A DNA stretch of 64,000 bases from a virus. Taxonomy: Duplodnaviria > Caudoviricetes. The number at the start of each line of letters is the position of its first letter. The first letter of the stretch is position 1. The stretch lies in IMG/VR virus record IMGVR_UViG_3300043812_000026; one strand, written 5' to 3'. Positions 19,795-29,700 of the stretch are shown here, piece after piece. The notes beneath the pieces were generated by a model. The model saw only the letters and a list, made by a program, of their open reading frames with translations. It was not told the DNA's origin and did no database searches. A program made the position numbers and the translations under genes.

Positions 19795-20124
19795 TTATAC
19801 AATAGCTGGAAAGTCTTTACCAGTTACGTAGTTTTCTAGCTTGTCGCCTTGATAGTTGGCTGAAAATTGCTTTGCAAATTCCTTTTCGTGACGGCTAGTA
19901 GTAGCGCTATAAATACCATTAGATAAAAACTTTCCATCTGGTAAAATGCAAGCTACGACCACATTATAAGATAATAGCAACTTTACACCATTTACCAGGC
20001 TTTTGACCTTGGCTTTACCATAGAATGATTTTCGGCTATCATAACGGGGGTTCAAATCTTCCCAATTAGTAGCGCTTTGAGCATTGAGCAATTCATTTAA
20101 GTTATAAGCAAATTTCTTCATCAT
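19795..20124 (-). CDS. Early hypothetical protein
   Basis: Own promoter and SD. Confidence 0.75.
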   Translation of the reverse strand: MMKKFAYNLNELLNAQSATNWEDLNPRYDSRKSFYGKAKVKSLVNGVKLLLSYNVVVACILPDGKFLSNGIYSATTSRHEKEFAKQFSANYQGDKLENYVTGKDFPAIV

Positions 20125-20195
20125 TTTAATAACTTCCCTTCATTTGATTACATTATAATAATAACATTGTTGGTTATTATTGTCAATAGTTTTAT

Positions 20196-20504
20196 TTAAT
20201 TTTGTTGTAATTCTTCCCACGTAGACTCATCATCGTAATAATCAACAGTCCCCTCAATGTAATTATCGATTTCCTTATCTTCGCCCCCGTTTTCCCAATA
20301 ATGATCAAATTGTTCTTGAGTCCAATTTAAGTCATACATATAATAATCAATAGCGGATTCATACACTACTTCTGACAATCCAGTGTTAGCGATGACAAGT
20401 TCTTTTTCTTCTTTACCCCGTTTCATTGTTAAAATAGCTTCACCGTAAGTTGTTTCAATAAGACTAACTAATTCAGTTTTTACCTTGTCTGTTAATTTTT
20501 CCAT
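20196..20504 (-). CDS. Highly acidic early protein
   Basis: Own promoter and SD; D/E/aromatic-rich C-terminal half. Confidence 0.75.
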   Translation of the reverse strand: MEKLTDKVKTELVSLIETTYGEAILTMKRGKEEKELVIANTGLSEVVYESAIDYYMYDLNWTQEQFDHYWENGGEDKEIDNYIEGTVDYYDDESTWEELQQN

Positions 20505-20593
20505 TTTTATTACTTCCTTTTCTTATTACATTATAATAATAACATTGTTAGTTATTATTGTCAATAGTTTATTTAAATTTTTATCTGGTCTGA

Positions 20594-20848
20594 TTATTTT
20601 AGTTTGTTAAATTCTTCAATTCTATCAATTCTATTAATTAGTTTGATAACTAAATTATTAGTGATTCCATTGGCTTGTAACTGTTCCTGCTCCTTTGGTG
20701 TAAGCAATTGCCAACTATCGTTAACAATTAGATTTTGTGGAAAAATGTTAGCATTATCATGTACAGTCTGTAAACTGATACTAGCATTAGTTGCTTCCCT
20801 TACCTTGTTAGCTAAATCATTCAGAACATTTTTAATATCATTAGTCAT
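20594..20848 (-). CDS. Early hypothetical protein, paralog of 24031-24303
   Basis: Shared VN.SWQL.TP.EQE...L..KL..RI.R.E motif. Confidence 0.75.
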   Translation of the reverse strand: MTNDIKNVLNDLANKVREATNASISLQTVHDNANIFPQNLIVNDSWQLLTPKEQEQLQANGITNNLVIKLINRIDRIEEFNKLK

Positions 20849-21991
20849 TTTTATAACTCCCTTTCTTTATTACATTATAATAATAACATTGTTGGTTTAG
20901 ATTGTCAATAGTTTTTCTAAATAATTAAGAGTTTAAGCTTAACTCTCAAAATAAATCCTTGTTTCTTATTACACTTTTATAATAGCATACTTTTAACATA
21001 ATGCAAGCCCTAATTTTAATTTTTATTGATTGATTTTAGCAATTATAGCACCTACTAGATAAACAATAACTAGAATAGCCCTAATTTTCCATGTAAGCTA
21101 TTCTGAGGCGTTTTATCATTGTTTAGGTATAATCTATCATTAAAGAATAAAAATGAATTATACGGGGTTATATAAAGAAATAGGGCTATAGGATAATCAA
21201 GTTTCTTTTTTCTAAATAAGTATTGACAATGAAGCCTAATAATGTTATTATAATAATGAAAGGTAAATAGAACAAGCCCAGATAGCTGGTAAGGGAAACC
21301 GTTTTGGTTGTTGTTAGCTAGATATGTTTAGAGTAATCCGTACTTTTTTAAAAATCAATTGTCTACTTCCCTAATCATATACATCCACCGTATAGCCCTA
21401 ATTAATCCAAGGCTATATTCTGTTCTCAATGTTACAGTCCATATTATTCAGTTGTTTAATTAGTTTGTTTTTATCCTTATCACTTCCCTTCCTTAACTTT
21501 CAATTATATTATATCATTATGTAATCGTATTGTCAACACATTTATAGAATTAATTGGATCGATCCACTTATTAATAATGCTATTATATCAGTCTTCACGG
21601 GGCTTTTTTAACTCTAAAATTTATCAGTTGTTAAAATATTTTTATTAATTTATTTATACATTTTTGGTTCCATTCTGTTTTGATTAGTCTTTAATTAGTT
21701 TACTTTGCCTTTAATTAGTCCTTTATTGTTTGAATATTGTTATGTATTAGTCCTATATAGCTAATATTATGCTTGTTTTAGGCTTTATTAGTCTAATTAA
21801 GGCTTTTTATCCTCTTTTATTGGCTTTTATAAGGCTTTTTTATTGTTTTTAATTAGTGAAAATCATCACTAATTACTCTTGTTATGCTTATCTTTTATAT
21901 ATAAAATTAAAAGGGTGAAAACTCGTTAAACGTTGATATTACAACATTCTCAGTTTTTACCCTTGCTTGTGAATTGTTTAATTTATTCCCT

Positions 21992-22312
21992 TTACCGGAA
22001 AAGCTTATACTCTTCAACTAGTTTTTGCTTTAATTCAAAGATAACACTAGCTAGTCTATCGCTTAAATCCTTATATTCTGCATTATCATAGCTTAACAGA
22101 ATTGAGTCAAGGCGGTGTAATTCCTTATAGTATATACTATCAATATAATGAAGTGTATTATCCTTTACTAGTGCAATATCGCCCACGCCTAAACTCTTGT
22201 AATTCTGATTCATGTAATAGTTATTACTATCTTTAAAATAGCTTACTTTTATTTTGTCTTTATTACCATTAATACTAACAGTAACTTCTTTTTGTTCTAG
22301 TCCTTTTTTCAT
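21992..22312 (-). CDS. Early hypothetical protein
   Basis: SD AAGGAAG and upstream promoter. Confidence 0.7.
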   Translation of the reverse strand: MKKGLEQKEVTVSINGNKDKIKVSYFKDSNNYYMNQNYKSLGVGDIALVKDNTLHYIDSIYYKELHRLDSILLSYDNAEYKDLSDRLASVIFELKQKLVEEYKLFR

Positions 22313-22534
22313 TGTGATACTTCCTTCCTTATCTTTTAATTATATTATATCATATTGTATTTACTTTGTAAAGATACAATTTTAAGATTATTTTATACCA
22401 CAACAACCGCAAGAAGTCAAGGCTTTTACTGGGTAAAGTTATAAAGTTAGGTTTGTCTAAATTATGTTGTATTTGCAACAATTTTTTAATCTATTATTTG
22501 ACTTTTACAACAAAAGAAGGTAGGGCTGAATATA

Positions 22535-22582
22535 TTGTTTTATTCTGCTTACTTGTTTTATTCTGCTTACTTGTTTTATTCT
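22535..22582. repeat. 18-bp tandem repeat, about 2.7 copies
   Basis: ttgttttattctgcttac at 22535, 22553 and partial at 22571. Confidence 0.9.
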
Positions 22583-22606
22583 TTGATATAAAAAAAAGAA
22601 GGTAAA

Positions 22607-22789
22607 CTAATCACCTTCTTTAATTACTTTATATACAATTGAATTTTTTTCTAGCTCATCCAATCCTACTAGATACTTATAGTTAGGGTTAATATTAATT
22701 ACTTGATAATTTTTATCAAAATAGCAATTATCACCTTGTGAATTTTGAAAATCAATCATATCTTTACCCGTCATTACAATAGGCTCCAT
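22607..22789 (-). CDS. Early hypothetical protein
   Basis: SD AAGGAG. Confidence 0.7.
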   Translation of the reverse strand: MEPIVMTGKDMIDFQNSQGDNCYFDKNYQVININPNYKYLVGLDELEKNSIVYKVIKEGD

Positions 22790-22804
22790 TTTAATTGCTC
22801 CTTA

Positions 22805-23122
22805 TTAATAATCATATTCTGAACGGCGTAAACCTAAATAATAACACTTACCATCTTCAGCTTTACCAAATGATTTGTAAAGATAACTTTCTGGGTCGTC
22901 ATCATCCGTTGTATAAGCTTCACCCATGCAAAATGTTTGAATGAACTTGATACCTAACTGATTTTCTAAAATTTTTTTCGTTGCTTTTTCTAATGGATAA
23001 GGTGGCAAAACTTCATACATTTCAGAATAGATTTCATAGTCAACTTCTTGAAATAACTTTGGATTTAATTCACCAGTTGCTTCATTATTCCAATCTTCCA
23101 TAGTATATACATTATTAGTCAT
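22805..23122 (-). CDS. Acidic early protein
   Basis: Own promoter and SD. Confidence 0.75.
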   Translation of the reverse strand: MTNNVYTMEDWNNEATGELNPKLFQEVDYEIYSEMYEVLPPYPLEKATKKILENQLGIKFIQTFCMGEAYTTDDDDPESYLYKSFGKAEDGKCYYLGLRRSEYDY

Positions 23123-23199
23123 AATTATAACTCCCTTTCTTTATTACATTATTATAATAACATTGTTTTGTTATATTGTCAATAGATTAAATTAAAAAA

Positions 23200-23511
23200 T
23201 TAAATATGTTCGATAATATTATCATAGTCAAATTCTTGTAATAAATAACGGTTTAAATCTTTCATAAAATAAGTAACTTTCATTTTACCCTCTTTTTCTA
23301 GTTGGTTGTTTTCTAGGTCAAAAAATCCAAAATCACCAGTTATAAGATTAACAACTTGAATATCACCATAATAGTTAACAATCATTCCAAAGTAGACTTG
23401 ATTTTTATTATTAACAAATAGTCGAGAATTACTATCAAAATTATCAAAATCCAAATCTTCAGCAATTCCACACGCTTGATTAAGGTTGTTCATATATGTT
23501 TCAATAATCAT
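23200..23511 (-). CDS. Early hypothetical protein
   Basis: SD AAGGAAG; stem-loop leader. Confidence 0.75.
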   Translation of the reverse strand: MIIETYMNNLNQACGIAEDLDFDNFDSNSRLFVNNKNQVYFGMIVNYYGDIQVVNLITGDFGFFDLENNQLEKEGKMKVTYFMKDLNRYLLQEFDYDNIIEHI

Positions 23512-23647
23512 TTTTATTACTTCCTTTTCTTATTCTTATTAATAAAGTCTAAACACGTAAAAGTTTAAGCTCAACTCTTGAAATAATCCTTGTTCCTTAT
23601 TACATTATTATAATAACATTATTGTGTTATATTGTCAATAGATAATA

Positions 23648-24001
23648 TTAAAAAATTGAATAAGGTTTGAAATAAATACCTGCAGGCGTTTGTTTATAAC
23701 TTTTTAATTCTTGTTGAATAGGTAAAGGGTAATCGTTGAACAAGTCTTTAATAGCATTCTCACCATTAACCAATAAATACTCTTCTTGTAGCGTATCTTC
23801 TGGATAATAGCCTAATTCTAGCTTATTAGCTAATTCATTAAGGTTAGTACTTGACCCTTCAACGTTGCCTTCCCAATCAGTTAAAACGTGTTCATAAGTA
23901 ACTGAATAAAGTTCTGCATTTTTGTAGTCATTAGCCTTTGAATAAACAAAATGCTTGTAAAAACGGGAATCACCATACTCTGGTAGTTTGTAGATTTTCA
24001 T
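23648..24001 (-). CDS. Early hypothetical protein
   Basis: SD AAGGAAG. Confidence 0.75.
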   Translation of the reverse strand: MKIYKLPEYGDSRFYKHFVYSKANDYKNAELYSVTYEHVLTDWEGNVEGSSTNLNELANKLELGYYPEDTLQEEYLLVNGENAIKDLFNDYPLPIQQELKSYKQTPAGIYFKPYSIF

Positions 24002-24030
24002 TTTTATAACTTCCTTTTCTTATTTTAATA

Positions 24031-24303
24031 TTATGCTTCTAATCGATTAATCCGATCAGCTAATTTTTTAGCTAACTCCCAGCTTGAACCGCAAAGCAGA
24101 ACTTCTTCTTGTTCCCGTGGGGTCATTAATTGCCACGAGTTATTGACTACGAGAACGTGTTCAACAATGTTAACAGGGTCATCAATTGCTTTATAGTCAA
24201 TCATCGCCCGTACCTTAAGATAGCGGGAAACCATACCAGCCAATTCATGGAATTTGTCGCAAGCGTAAATATTGACTTCTTGTTGTTCAGTTAAACGTTT
24301 CAT
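24031..24303 (-). CDS. Early hypothetical protein, paralog of 20594-20848
   Basis: Promoter and SD place the start at 24303. Confidence 0.75.
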   Translation of the reverse strand: MKRLTEQQEVNIYACDKFHELAGMVSRYLKVRAMIDYKAIDDPVNIVEHVLVVNNSWQLMTPREQEEVLLCGSSWELAKKLADRINRLEA

Positions 24304-24475
24304 TTTGATAACTTCCTTTTCCTTATTACAATTATATAATAACATTGTTAGTTATTATTGTCAACCCTTTTTCTAAATAATTAAGAGTTTAAGCTCAACT
24401 CTTGAAATAATCCTTGTTCCTTATTACACTTTTATAATAACATTATTGTGTTATATTGTCAATACTAATTACATA

Positions 24476-24934
24476 TTATTTTTTGGGAATTTTAAAATCC
24501 TTGTCTTTTAAGAATTTCAAAGAATTATACATATTATACGAGTGTCCGTATTCTCTTTGATTTGTTAGTAAATCAATAAATATGTTATTAATAAAAATGT
24601 AGTTATCAAAAACAGTTAACATCCTTTTATAGCGGGGTTGCCAAACTAATAAGCAACTTGAAAAGTTAGGGGCGTAAATTCTAATGGTATCAATTTTAAT
24701 TACTTGCTTTAATTCATAATCTAACGCCTTGAATGTAATTAGATTAGTTTCTGAATCTGGTTTTGTGTAGTCATCCATGTTAATCATATATGAACGGTAA
24801 AAACTATACATAGATTTAGGCTTGTTTTGCGGTTTGATTTTGAAAAAATCTTTTAAGGTTAACACAATCCAGTCAACCCCCTTTATCTTCTTACCCACAA
24901 TGGTGTCATAATTGTTACAAAAATAATTATCCAC
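24476..24934 (-). CDS. Hypothetical protein
   Basis: ORF; start uncertain, overlaps upstream ORF. Confidence 0.5.
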   Translation of the reverse strand: MDNYFCNNYDTIVGKKIKGVDWIVLTLKDFFKIKPQNKPKSMYSFYRSYMINMDDYTKPDSETNLITFKALDYELKQVIKIDTIRIYAPNFSSCLLVWQPRYKRMLTVFDNYIFINNIFIDLLTNQREYGHSYNMYNSLKFLKDKDFKIPKK

Positions 24935-25080
24935 CAGTTAGCAGGGTCAAGCATAGATAACACGATAATAGGAGTAACAAGCACCAGTAAACAGATAATA
25001 ATTATTTTTTTGATCTTTTTATAAGATTCTGGAATCTGTTTATCACGTACATAATTACGGCGGTTGTCCCTTTCATTCAT
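24883..25080 (-). CDS. Small membrane protein
   Basis: G-run SD then MNERD...; two hydrophobic segments. Confidence 0.55.
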   Translation of the reverse strand: MNERDNRRNYVRDKQIPESYKKIKKIIIICLLVLVTPIIVLSMLDPANWWIIIFVTIMTPLWVRR

Positions 25081-25096
25081 AATTGCCCCCCCCCTT

Positions 25097-25387
25097 TTAT
25101 CTACTCTCAATTAATGCTTCAACCGTGTTAAGGCTATCAGTAATTACTTGACTAACTTTTTCTAATTCCTTATTAGTAGGATTGTTACGGTTAATCAATA
25201 GCTTGTGTGTACCACTGTTATTAGTCGTGTAGATTAATACATCGTTTTTGTCGGTGCTATCATAGTCAAAAAGCCAATTGCCTTCATAATAAACGTTCAA
25301 TAAATCAAGGTCGATTGTAATATCATCGCCTTCAAGCACAAAGTCTACAAGTTCCATGATTTTATTAGTTAATTCCACATTAGTCAT
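25097..25387 (-). CDS. Early hypothetical protein
   Basis: Own promoter and SD. Confidence 0.75.
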   Translation of the reverse strand: MTNVELTNKIMELVDFVLEGDDITIDLDLLNVYYEGNWLFDYDSTDKNDVLIYTTNNSGTHKLLINRNNPTNKELEKVSQVITDSLNTVEALIESR

Positions 25388-25454
25388 TTTGATTACTTCC
25401 TTTTCTTTATCTTACATCATTATAATAACATTGTTGGTTAGTATTGTCAATAGA

Positions 25455-25862
25455 TTATTTAAAATATATCGATAAATAATTTATTAAATCGTATTGTAAT
25501 TTTTTGCTAGTCTTAGCAATAGTAATAACTTTTTTAGTATTGTCTAATTCTACTACTTTCCACCATTTTTCATTGACTAAATTGTTAACGTCAACTTCAT
25601 GGATACCGAGTACATTGTACTGTATTTTATTATAATTATTGAGTTCAAATTTTTGGATGTATTGACTTAAAACATCAATCGCAATTTTTGACCCCGCTTT
25701 CCCACTTGTAAGAACATCCAAAGCCTTATCAAATTTACTTTCAGAAACAAGGTCAAAGGCTTTTTCTAAGTATTCAAGTTGTTTCAATGTTTTTGCATCC
25801 TTCTTGCATAAGTCTTTTTTGAGTTCTAAATTGTGATTAAATGTTTTTGTAATGTTATCCAT
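25455..25862 (-). CDS. Early hypothetical protein
   Basis: SD; stem-loop leader. Confidence 0.75.
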   Translation of the reverse strand: MDNITKTFNHNLELKKDLCKKDAKTLKQLEYLEKAFDLVSESKFDKALDVLTSGKAGSKIAIDVLSQYIQKFELNNYNKIQYNVLGIHEVDVNNLVNEKWWKVVELDNTKKVITIAKTSKKLQYDLINYLSIYFK

Positions 25863-25997
25863 TTTAATATACTTCCTTTTCTTATTAAATTTACAGTCTA
25901 AACACTTAAGAGTTTAAGCTCAACTCTTGAAATAAATCCTTGTTCCTTATTACATTATTATAATAACATTGCTAGTTATTATTGTCAATAGATAATG

Positions 25998-26403
25998 TTA
26001 AAAAATTAGCTTAAAAATATTAGTAATATAATTATCTTTTAAGTCTAGTATATTATTACGATAATATAGATTGACACCATCAACACCAAGGTAATCATGT
26101 AAGATTGTAGAATTAACATTTTCTAAAAAAATATACTTCTCACTTGCATCCATCCAGTTAAACAACCATAAAGCAATAGGCGTTTCATCATTATCATGGT
26201 TATCGTACCAGTCATCGAGTTCAGTCCAGCACTCACGAAGTCCAGTTTCATCTTCTTCCATGAAAGCCATCGAAGTCACCATCGTATAAATCGTTAACTG
26301 TATCATTAACACGATTTTCAAGGTCAATAGCGCTTAAGGCTTGAACTTGCGCACTCTTTAATTCCATTTGATTAATAACATTCATGATTTCTTCATTAGT
26401 CAT
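25998..26403 (-). CDS. Acidic early protein with one +1 frameshift near 26267
   Basis: Promoter/SD precede ATG 26403 (MTNEEIMNV); deleting 1 nt gives 134 aa. Confidence 0.7.
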
Positions 26404-26754
26404 TTTTATTACTTCCTTTCCTTATTACATTATTATAATAACATTGTTAGTTATTATTGTCAACCCTTTTTTCTAAATAATTAAGAGTTTAAGCTCAACT
26501 CTTGAAATAAATCCTTGTTCCTTATTACACTTATTATAATAGCATACTTTTAACGAAATGCAAGCCCTAATTTTAATTTTTATCTGGTTTGGTAACTATA
26601 ACCCCTACTCACTCAACAGATACACAATTTTTTAGATTATTTTCTTCATATAATAGCAAATAGGACAAATTTAACACGCTTATAAATACCACACTAATCA
26701 ATAGAAGTCAAGGCAAAACAACACATTTTTTAATCTGTCTTTTTTCTTAAAAAA

Positions 26755-26837
26755 CCTCTGGTACTCGAAAATTAATATAATATAAAAGGAACCCATTTTA
26801 CTGGATTCCCTCTGGTACTCGAAAATTAATATAATAT
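26755..26837. repeat. 29-bp direct repeat pair; related copies at 29259-29279 and 29314-29338
   Basis: cctctggtactcgaaaattaatataatat at 26755 and 26809. Confidence 0.9.
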
Positions 26838-27643
26838 TAGTCTAGTTTATTGGTAGCAGTTAACATACTAACCACCATTATCAATAAGTTTCCTTCTGTA
26901 CCTCGTAGTGTAATTTCTGTTTCTAGTGCGCTTTCGCCTTTGATAAATTTATTTAAGGACTCCTCGGAATTAGTTCCGTCTAATTTTCTCCAAGCACTAG
27001 AGTCACAATTAACTAATGTTAAAGGTTTAGTATCTAATAACATATGGTAATTATTTCTAATATCAATACCATAAGCATTAAAATAGGTAGTTCTTACTAC
27101 GCTAGAGTCTAAGTCTTTAATCTCGCTAAAAAATATCGGCGTACTGTTAAACATTAATTTAGTTACTCGTCCTAATAAACCTAAATTAATTAACTCAGAC
27201 AAATTATAAAGACTAATATCTTTATCATCCCAACTAGGCTTAATTAGTGGGGTAATTAGATACTCCCTTTCCCCCATTAATAGGTTAAACACGTATTGGT
27301 CATAGTAAAGCTTAACAATCGTATAGTCATGATTATCAACTTTAAATTCTCGATACTCATAATAACGGGGTACCTTATTTAGAAAAGTCCATTCATGAGG
27401 TTCACTTTCCTCAAACAGACCGGAGGGGTCATTCTTCAAATTCCATTCTAGCATTTCTTGACTTGAAAAAGTGCTGAATTGTAATAGTTCTAAGTCTTTA
27501 CTAAAACGGGGTTGAGCAACTAGATAAGTAAAACCTCTTTGACCTACATCTTTAGCTTGGCTAATACTCATGCTAATTAAGTGGTAGTTTTCTATGTGGT
27601 TAGCCATTGCCCGAGATGTTTTTAACTTCTTATACGTAATCAT
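26837..27643 (-). CDS. Hypothetical protein
   Basis: Long ORF in operon. Confidence 0.7.
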   Translation of the reverse strand: MITYKKLKTSRAMANHIENYHLISMSISQAKDVGQRGFTYLVAQPRFSKDLELLQFSTFSSQEMLEWNLKNDPSGLFEESEPHEWTFLNKVPRYYEYREFKVDNHDYTIVKLYYDQYVFNLLMGEREYLITPLIKPSWDDKDISLYNLSELINLGLLGRVTKLMFNSTPIFFSEIKDLDSSVVRTTYFNAYGIDIRNNYHMLLDTKPLTLVNCDSSAWRKLDGTNSEESLNKFIKGESALETEITLRGTEGNLLIMVVSMLTATNKLD

Positions 27644-27644
27644 A

Positions 27645-27938
27645 CTACTTCATTCTTTCACTGTATTTTTTGAGCATAGCTTTCGGATCCATAATGTCGT
27701 CTAAAATCCCACTTTCATCTAGTTGTTTCATTAAGTCCAATAGAGCAGGAATGGCATATGCTTTAATGTTATTATTAACTACTTTCGGTGTTAAATCAAG
27801 GATGTAATTAATAATATGTTGGTCTGGTGTTAAATCCCCAGCATTAAAAATAAAGTCGATTAACTGTACTAAATGTTTCTTGGTTAAAACATGATCTGAG
27901 ATTGATTTCAATTCATTTTCTAAGACACCTAAGATCAC
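27645..27938 (-). CDS. Hypothetical protein
   Basis: ORF in operon. Confidence 0.6.
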   Translation of the reverse strand: MILGVLENELKSISDHVLTKKHLVQLIDFIFNAGDLTPDQHIINYILDLTPKVVNNNIKAYAIPALLDLMKQLDESGILDDIMDPKAMLKKYSERMK

Positions 27939-27939
27939 A

Positions 27940-28233
27940 TTAAGCGTAGAGTCTTCTACAGTCTACCTCTTCAATCTTACTGATTAGTAAGTCCCGATCA
28001 TATCCATATTTAGAAACACCTGCACCAGCAATCGTCTTCTCTAACGTTTCATGTAGTTGAGTACTACCCATCTCTCTTAGTGCTTTATAATTTTCAAGTC
28101 CGAATGGAATAAAGTAAGTATCTTTATCCACTTTAATTACACTAAAGTTTTCAATTGGAACAATTTGTACGGCAACATCACCCATACTAGTCATATAGTA
28201 GCTAGTGTTATGTCTCATTGCATTAAATTTCAT
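27940..28233 (-). CDS. Hypothetical protein
   Basis: SD AGGGGAG. Confidence 0.7.
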   Translation of the reverse strand: MKFNAMRHNTSYYMTSMGDVAVQIVPIENFSVIKVDKDTYFIPFGLENYKALREMGSTQLHETLEKTIAGAGVSKYGYDRDLLISKIEEVDCRRLYA

Positions 28234-28247
28234 TATTAATCTCCCCT

Positions 28248-28962
28248 TTAGTTTAAGCTTAACCCAGCATTGTTTAATTGTCTAATTAATTCTTTACCAT
28301 CTTTAGTTGCACCAATCTGATTAACAATCTGGTTTACTCGCTTATCAATTTCATTTAAGGCTTCTTCTTGTTTATCTTTAGGAATGTATCGAACAAAAAT
28401 TTCCTTTAGTGCAGTCATTTCAGACTCTTTAATTAATTGGTACTGCATAAGAGCTTCCGCAGTCAAACCTCTTGTTCTGCTACCGAAGTATTTAGCATGA
28501 AGACTTAGGGCACTCATTAATGTTTTAGGGTCAATAAATTCAGACTCCTCAATAGTTTTTATACCCTTGTCAATAATCATTTCCAAGGCTTGATCCTCAG
28601 AATATAACTTTCTTACTGGACCAGTTGCAGAGTTGCTTACTACTGGTTGTTGACTTTGACTTTTAAGTTCATTAGTTTTACCAGTAAAGCCAACAATCTT
28701 ATTACTGTCTACATCATCAATAGAATTCTTTTCTCGCTTATCCATTAACTGTTCTAATGGAATATTTTGTTCTTGTGATTCTTTAATTCTTTTCTTAAGT
28801 TTAGTAAGGTTTCCCTTAGCCATTTTATAGCCTTTGGAATTTAAATAGCGAATGATATAATCATAGCTCATTTGTTGTTCCATTAGTCCCGATAACCTTA
28901 CTAAAAATAGCCTTATTGTTATAAAGCTCTTTTAAGCTTAGTGATTTTAAGTCTGTAGCCAC
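28248..28962 (-). CDS. Conserved Herelleviridae-type hypothetical protein, +1 frameshift at 28888-28890
   Basis: SD AGGAGG then GTG 28962; deleting one base gives 237 aa; similarity to a Twort-like core protein recalled, not searched. Confidence 0.65.
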
Positions 28963-29524
28963 TCTAAGCCCTCCTAATTGATTTTAGTATAATTTATCAT
29001 GAACAAATTAAAATCGCTAAAACAGGCTCTTATAGCCTAATTTGAGCATATATAAATTGAGTTTTAACCTAGATAGGAATGTTTTAAAAATCGGTTCTTG
29101 CTTACTGTCTGTAAGTATCTTCTAATCGTAGTCCTAACTAGGCTCTGTTTATAGTTTAACTCAATAAATTTAAATATATGCTGAATTATAGCCATTTTAA
29201 GGAGTTTTAGCTGATTTTAACCCACTTAAAATAAGTACACTAAATTGTGTGTTATTCTTGGTTTTCAAAAATTAATATAGTGAACAAAAGCTAATGAAAA
29301 TGTGAATACTTTTTCTGGTACTCAAAAATTAATATAATTCTACATACAAAACTGTAGACAAAAAGGACTTTGAATAGCCTTAAAACCACTCAAAATCCCT
29401 ATGTTTAGCGTCTATGATAATTAATTAGGATTGGTAAAGAAGCACCAGTTACAAACCCTAATGCAGTAGTTAACTCTAGCATTTGCACATGAGGCAAACC
29501 TAAAACATAGCCAATCAAATAACC

Positions 29525-29700
29525 AGCAAATACAATACCTTGCCGTCAACTACCTAGCACTAAAGTACTAGGCTTGTAACTCACAATTAGTTATCTAGCT
29601 AATTAGAAGTACAAACATTATTAGTATCTAATAACTCCTTCGTAACGTGGTTACATTGGGCTGGTTGACAACAACCTCTACTATTAACATATCAGTCAAT
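29525..29700 (-). ncRNA. Predicted omegaRNA (reRNA) scaffold plus flank-derived guide
   Basis: GTCAAC near the 5' end can pair with terminal GTTGAC; guide would begin GGCAAGGTATTGTATT; 5' boundary uncertain. Confidence 0.7.

Larger units (their letters stand above)
18940..26563 (-). repeat. Dispersed early promoter/RBS repeat family (13 or more copies)
   Basis: TTGACAAT..TG.TA(T)(T/A)AT..GTAATAAG..AAGGAAGT. -35 boxes on the - strand at 18995, 19769, 20181, 20559, 20903, 21531, 23177, 23633, 24359, 24457, 25445, 25983, 26458; TTGCAT variants near 21001 and 26558. Confidence 0.9.

Noticed and set aside
20927-26563. CRISPR array or solitary CRISPR repeat (GTTTAAGCTCAACTCTTGAAAT on + strand)
   Set aside because: Only 22 nt, copies irregularly spaced by whole genes, no cas genes, and the promoters transcribe the opposite strand
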